Virus record (IMG/VR): IMGVR_UViG_3300030107_003246
Coordinates: 1 to 57,180 of that record
Direction: 5' to 3' (one strand)
DNA: 57,180 nt
Source: a virus
Taxonomy: Duplodnaviria > Caudoviricetes
Part shown: positions 56,150-57,180 of the stretch, one piece after another
Position numbering within the stretch: the stretch's first letter is position 1
How the letters are laid out: the number at the start of each line of letters is the position of its first letter
Program-made: the position numbers and the translations under genes
The notes under the pieces: generated by a model
What the model saw: the letters and a program-made list of their open reading frames with translations, nothing else
Told to the model about the DNA's origin: nothing
The model's database searches: none

Positions 56150-57180
56150 ATGGCTACCAAAAAAGATGTAGATAATGCAAAAGCGATAGCAGCTGCTAAT
56201 AAGGCTGCAGCACAAACAGCCAAAGAACAAGCGGCTCACGAAAAAGACATCGCTAATTATAAAGATAAAACTCTAAGAGCTTCTCTTTCCGCTCGTGGTA
56301 TTTCCAAAGAAGAATATCTAAATGCACAAAAAAGAGCTAGAGATGAAGCACTAGTAACCAAACAAAAACAAGACCAAGCTAAGATTGGAAAGACTACAGC
56401 AAGTTTAACTCAAAAAATAAATAAGTTATTAGATTCTGGTGCTGGTGCTATATTAAAATCATATAATTTAACTGAACAATTAGAACAATCGCAACAAGCT
56501 GCAGTTCTATCTACAGGAGATCTTCAAAAAGGTTACAATTTAGTTAATGACGCACAACTAGCAGCTGTTGATGCAATAAAAGCTGGAACATTTGATGCTA
56601 ATGGTTTTATGGAGGATTTGGAAGAACAATTTGAAGGTATGAGTGATGAAGCAAAAGAAGCTTTAGATACTATGAGAGATAGCTTAAAAAGTTTTTCTAA
56701 AACAGCAGAAGAGGCTGGAAAGGGTTTAGAAAATGCTCTAAACATAGACGCAAAAACATTAGATGGTTTAGAGGGTGCAAGGGATAAATTAAAAGAATAT
56801 TCTGCTATAGCATCAAGCCCAAAATTAATGGGCGCTTTTGCTATTGGACTAGCAGTAAAATTTATGACAGATTTTGTTGGGAAAGCCTTAGAGGTTAAAC
56901 AAAGTTTAGGTGTATCTGCAGTAGAATCTGCAAGAATAGCTACCAACCTTAAAGCTGCTAGTGTTTCAGCTAAATTATTTGGTGGTAGTGCTGAACAAGC
57001 AGAAGCTGCTGTATTCAGTTTAGAAGAAAATTTTGGTTCACTTGATAATATATCATTAGGTGTATCTACTAAGGTTGGTGCTTTAACAGGACAATTTGGA
57101 TTGGCTGGTGATAGCGCTGGTAAACTTTTAAAATCTTTAGAGGGTGTAAGTGGTGCTTCTTTAGAAACAAATATTGAATT
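56150..57180 (+). CDS. Tape measure protein, 3'-truncated (absent from the ORF track)
   Basis: ATG at 56150 (MATKKDVDNAKAIAAANKAAAQTAKEQ...); Ala/Lys/Glu-rich helical frame open to the window end; position after tube and chaperone. Confidence 0.8.
   Translation, partial: MATKKDVDNAKAIAAANKAAAQTAKEQAAHEKDIANYKDKTLRASLSARGISKEEYLNAQKRARDEALVTKQKQDQAKIGKTTASLTQKINKLLDSGAGAILKSYNLTEQLEQSQQAAVLSTGDLQKGYNLVNDAQLAAVDAIKAGTFDANGFMEDLEEQFEGMSDEAKEALDTMRDSLKSFSKTAEEAGKGLENALNIDAKTLDGLEGARDKLKEYSAIASSPKLMGAFAIGLAVKFMTDFVGKALEVKQSLGVSAVESARIATNLKAASVSAKLFGGSAEQAEAAVFSLEENFGSLDNISLGVSTKVGALTGQFGLAGDSAGKLLKSLEGVSGASLETNIE

Noticed and set aside
394-56946. All other minus-strand ORFs in the track
   Set aside because: Each lies mostly or wholly opposite a convincing plus-strand gene, with no recognisable motifs.
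1-57180. Alternative genetic code, tRNAs, introns or inteins
   Set aside because: Genes tile densely under code 11, terminase, portal and capsid are of ordinary length and uninterrupted, and no intergenic gap shows a cloverleaf.

Overview
The window is a single-strand (+), AT-rich virion morphogenesis region of a large T4-superfamily-like myophage that encodes ribosomal protein bS21. Gene order: tail fibres; a kinase/nucleotidyltransferase/ligase-like polyprotein; spanin-like membrane proteins; terminase; portal; head proteins; prohead protease; bS21; scaffold; major capsid; neck and tail terminator; a fibre module; a 14-kb modification cluster; sheath; tube; tail assembly chaperone; tape measure (truncated by the window edge). 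The most striking part is a 2176-aa fibre with about 1960 residues of nearly proline-free Gly-Gly-Thr repeats and an S74-type chaperone. Two small genes later comes an operon of 2OG-Fe(II) oxygenases, a GAMT/Rmt2-like methyltransferase, a TibC/Aah-type protein O-heptosyltransferase fused to FkbM and carbamoyltransferase domains, two more carbamoyltransferases, a GT9-sulfotransferase fusion and a GT2-DUF5672-like fusion. I infer a phage-encoded virion glycosylation and glycan-tailoring system. A [S/T]-[G/A/S]-S motif that recurs in outer virion proteins is a candidate acceptor sequon. Other signals: a late-promoter motif ATATTTAT with a fixed-offset start site and two leaderless genes, two structured leader RNAs (one a possible pseudoknot), a probable +1 frameshift in the tail chaperone, and head proteins built as xxE-cleavable polyproteins. 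All family assignments come from motif recognition by eye; no searches were run and the host is not determinable from the window.
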